From Podarcis liolepis (lineage: Eukaryota): a DNA stretch of 64,000 bases. The notes under the pieces were generated by a model. It was not told the DNA's origin, did no database searches, and saw only the letters and a program-made list of their open reading frames with translations. A program made the position numbers and the translations under genes. Shown here in pieces: positions 62,626 through 64,000 of the stretch. The stretch lies in NCBI GenBank assembly GCA_965112155.1, contig OZ218105.1, one strand, 5' to 3'. Within the stretch, counting starts at the first letter, position 1, and every line of letters starts with the position of its first letter.

Positions 62626-62667
62626 TGGCCAACACTGACACTTGGAGGACTACTGAAGGAACTGCAA
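62626..62667 (-). promoter_or_regulatory. Variant CSE with altered CGCT core
   Basis: Sense strand TGCAG...caagtGTCAGTGTTGGCCA; same geometry as the other CSEs but GCCGCTG reads GTCAGTG. Confidence 0.7.
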
Positions 62668-62909
62668 GGAAAACCATGTTCACCATAACATAGAAAGATG
62701 GAGCTAAAATAATGCACGTTTCCACAATGTGAACTTTTTCTTTAGCCAATTGCAAGTGGAGAATTTGAAAAAGTTTTTCCTTGTTTCACCTTCGTTTAGC
62801 ATATTACTTTTATTGTCCACACCTTCAGCAACAAAGGCTTCCAGGGTGGGGTACAGGTCCAAAAAAGCAATATAAATAAAACAAAAATAAAACAAACTAC
62901 ACTCATAAT

Positions 62910-63078
62910 AGAGACCAACTAAGTTTGTTATTGGTATGAGTTTTCGTGTGCATGCACACTTATTCGTGCATGCACACGGAAGCTCATACCAATAACAAAC
63001 TTAATGGGTCTCTAAGGTGCTACTGGAAGGATTTTTTAAATTTTGTTTTGACTACGGCAGACCAATATACCTACCTGT
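62910..63078. mobile_element. Palindromic Penelope-like insertion with 15-bp target duplication
   Basis: Inverted arms 62911-62957 and 62966-63012; direct repeat aactacactcataat at 62895-62909 and 63079-63093. Confidence 0.7.
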
Positions 63079-63539
63079 AACTACACTCATAATGTTTGGT
63101 TATGAATAGATTTCATTTATTTTCTAAGTGGCCTCAATCCAGCTCCCTTTCAAAATGGGATTGGTGGCTCTGGCAGATTTTCATTATTCCCCTTACACAT
63201 ACATGCAAAAGAAGCACATTTTAAAATGCAATAGAAGGCCCTTTGAGATACTAGGTGTGGATAAACTTATGGATAATTCCCCCCCCCCCGCTTCACTCAG
63301 TTCCCTTCAGTAACAAAGTGAAGTATGGGCTCTCTTTTCCCTGCTACTCTTCTCAGTAACCTCAGTTCATGGTAGATGTGGGCAGAGATGGCAGTTAGCG
63401 TTTTGCAGACATATTCAAAGGAAGATTCCTCTTTTGCCTTCCTTGTCAATAATGGGTGTAGCTTCTTCATACACTAGGACTTTGACTGAGGAGGCTGCAG
63501 CTCCCAGAGGAGACCAGTGGCTCTCTCCAAGGTCTTCAG

Positions 63540-63970
63540 CAAAGGGATCAGAAGACAGCAGAGGAACACAGAGGCTAGAGCTACTTTCAGTGGCTTTTTA
63601 GATAGTACTGTGAAAATTGAGATTGCATCTGGGACTGCAGTTTCGCTTACATGAAGATGATACTCATGTCCACTTTTTATTGGTAATATGGTGACATTGT
63701 TAATATATATACTTGTGTGCAGTTATAACCAGTATATTTAACGTTCCCCCACCATATTACATATCTGTGTTGCACAAATAAACTGTGCCATTAATTTGAA
63801 GCAGAGAATTGAATCCTGTCATGGAAAACAGTGTGGGGTGGTTTTATGGTTTGAGAGTTTCATTATCACCAGTAGTTGCTGATCCTTGGTGATACTTCCA
63901 AGTAAAGAGCCTTCCTCCATTTCCTCAGGGAAAAAGTGGCGAATCTTCAAGGAGTGGTAATGACTTGCCA
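63540..63970 (-). pseudogene. Highly decayed clustered-protocadherin variable exon relic
   Basis: IRHFFPEEMEEGSLLGSITKDQ (63880-63944; compare [22 protein letters not shown]), LHVSETAVPDAI (~63625-63660) and TM-like VALASVFLCCLLI (~63545-63585). Confidence 0.65.
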
Positions 63971-64000
63971 ATGTTAACAGATAAAAGAGACAGAGTGATA

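Overview
Vertebrate genomic DNA, most likely a squamate lizard (inferred from the repeat content), containing the 3' part of the clustered protocadherin-gamma (PCDHG) locus on the minus strand. In transcriptional order (right to left): a decayed variable-exon relic, three intact gammaB-like variable exons interleaved with gammaA-like pseudogene fragments, a TE-rich gap of about 11 kb, gammaC3, a decayed gammaC4-like pseudogene, an intact C-type exon with no clear mammalian counterpart, gammaC5, two further intact C-type exons, and the 59-bp constant exon 1. Constant exons 2-3 were not seen and should lie left of the window. All eight intact variable exons end in a phase-0 GT donor. The main result is a remodelled C-type set: the gammaC4 position holds only a shattered relic with gammaC4-type motifs, while three extra intact C-type exons are present. 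Other points: a ~0.8 kb gene-conversion tract (end of EC4 to EC6) between two gammaB-like exons, and one promoter CSE/CTCF site with a mutated CGCT core. Orthology calls rest on my recall of human PCDHG sequences and need alignment and phylogeny to confirm.
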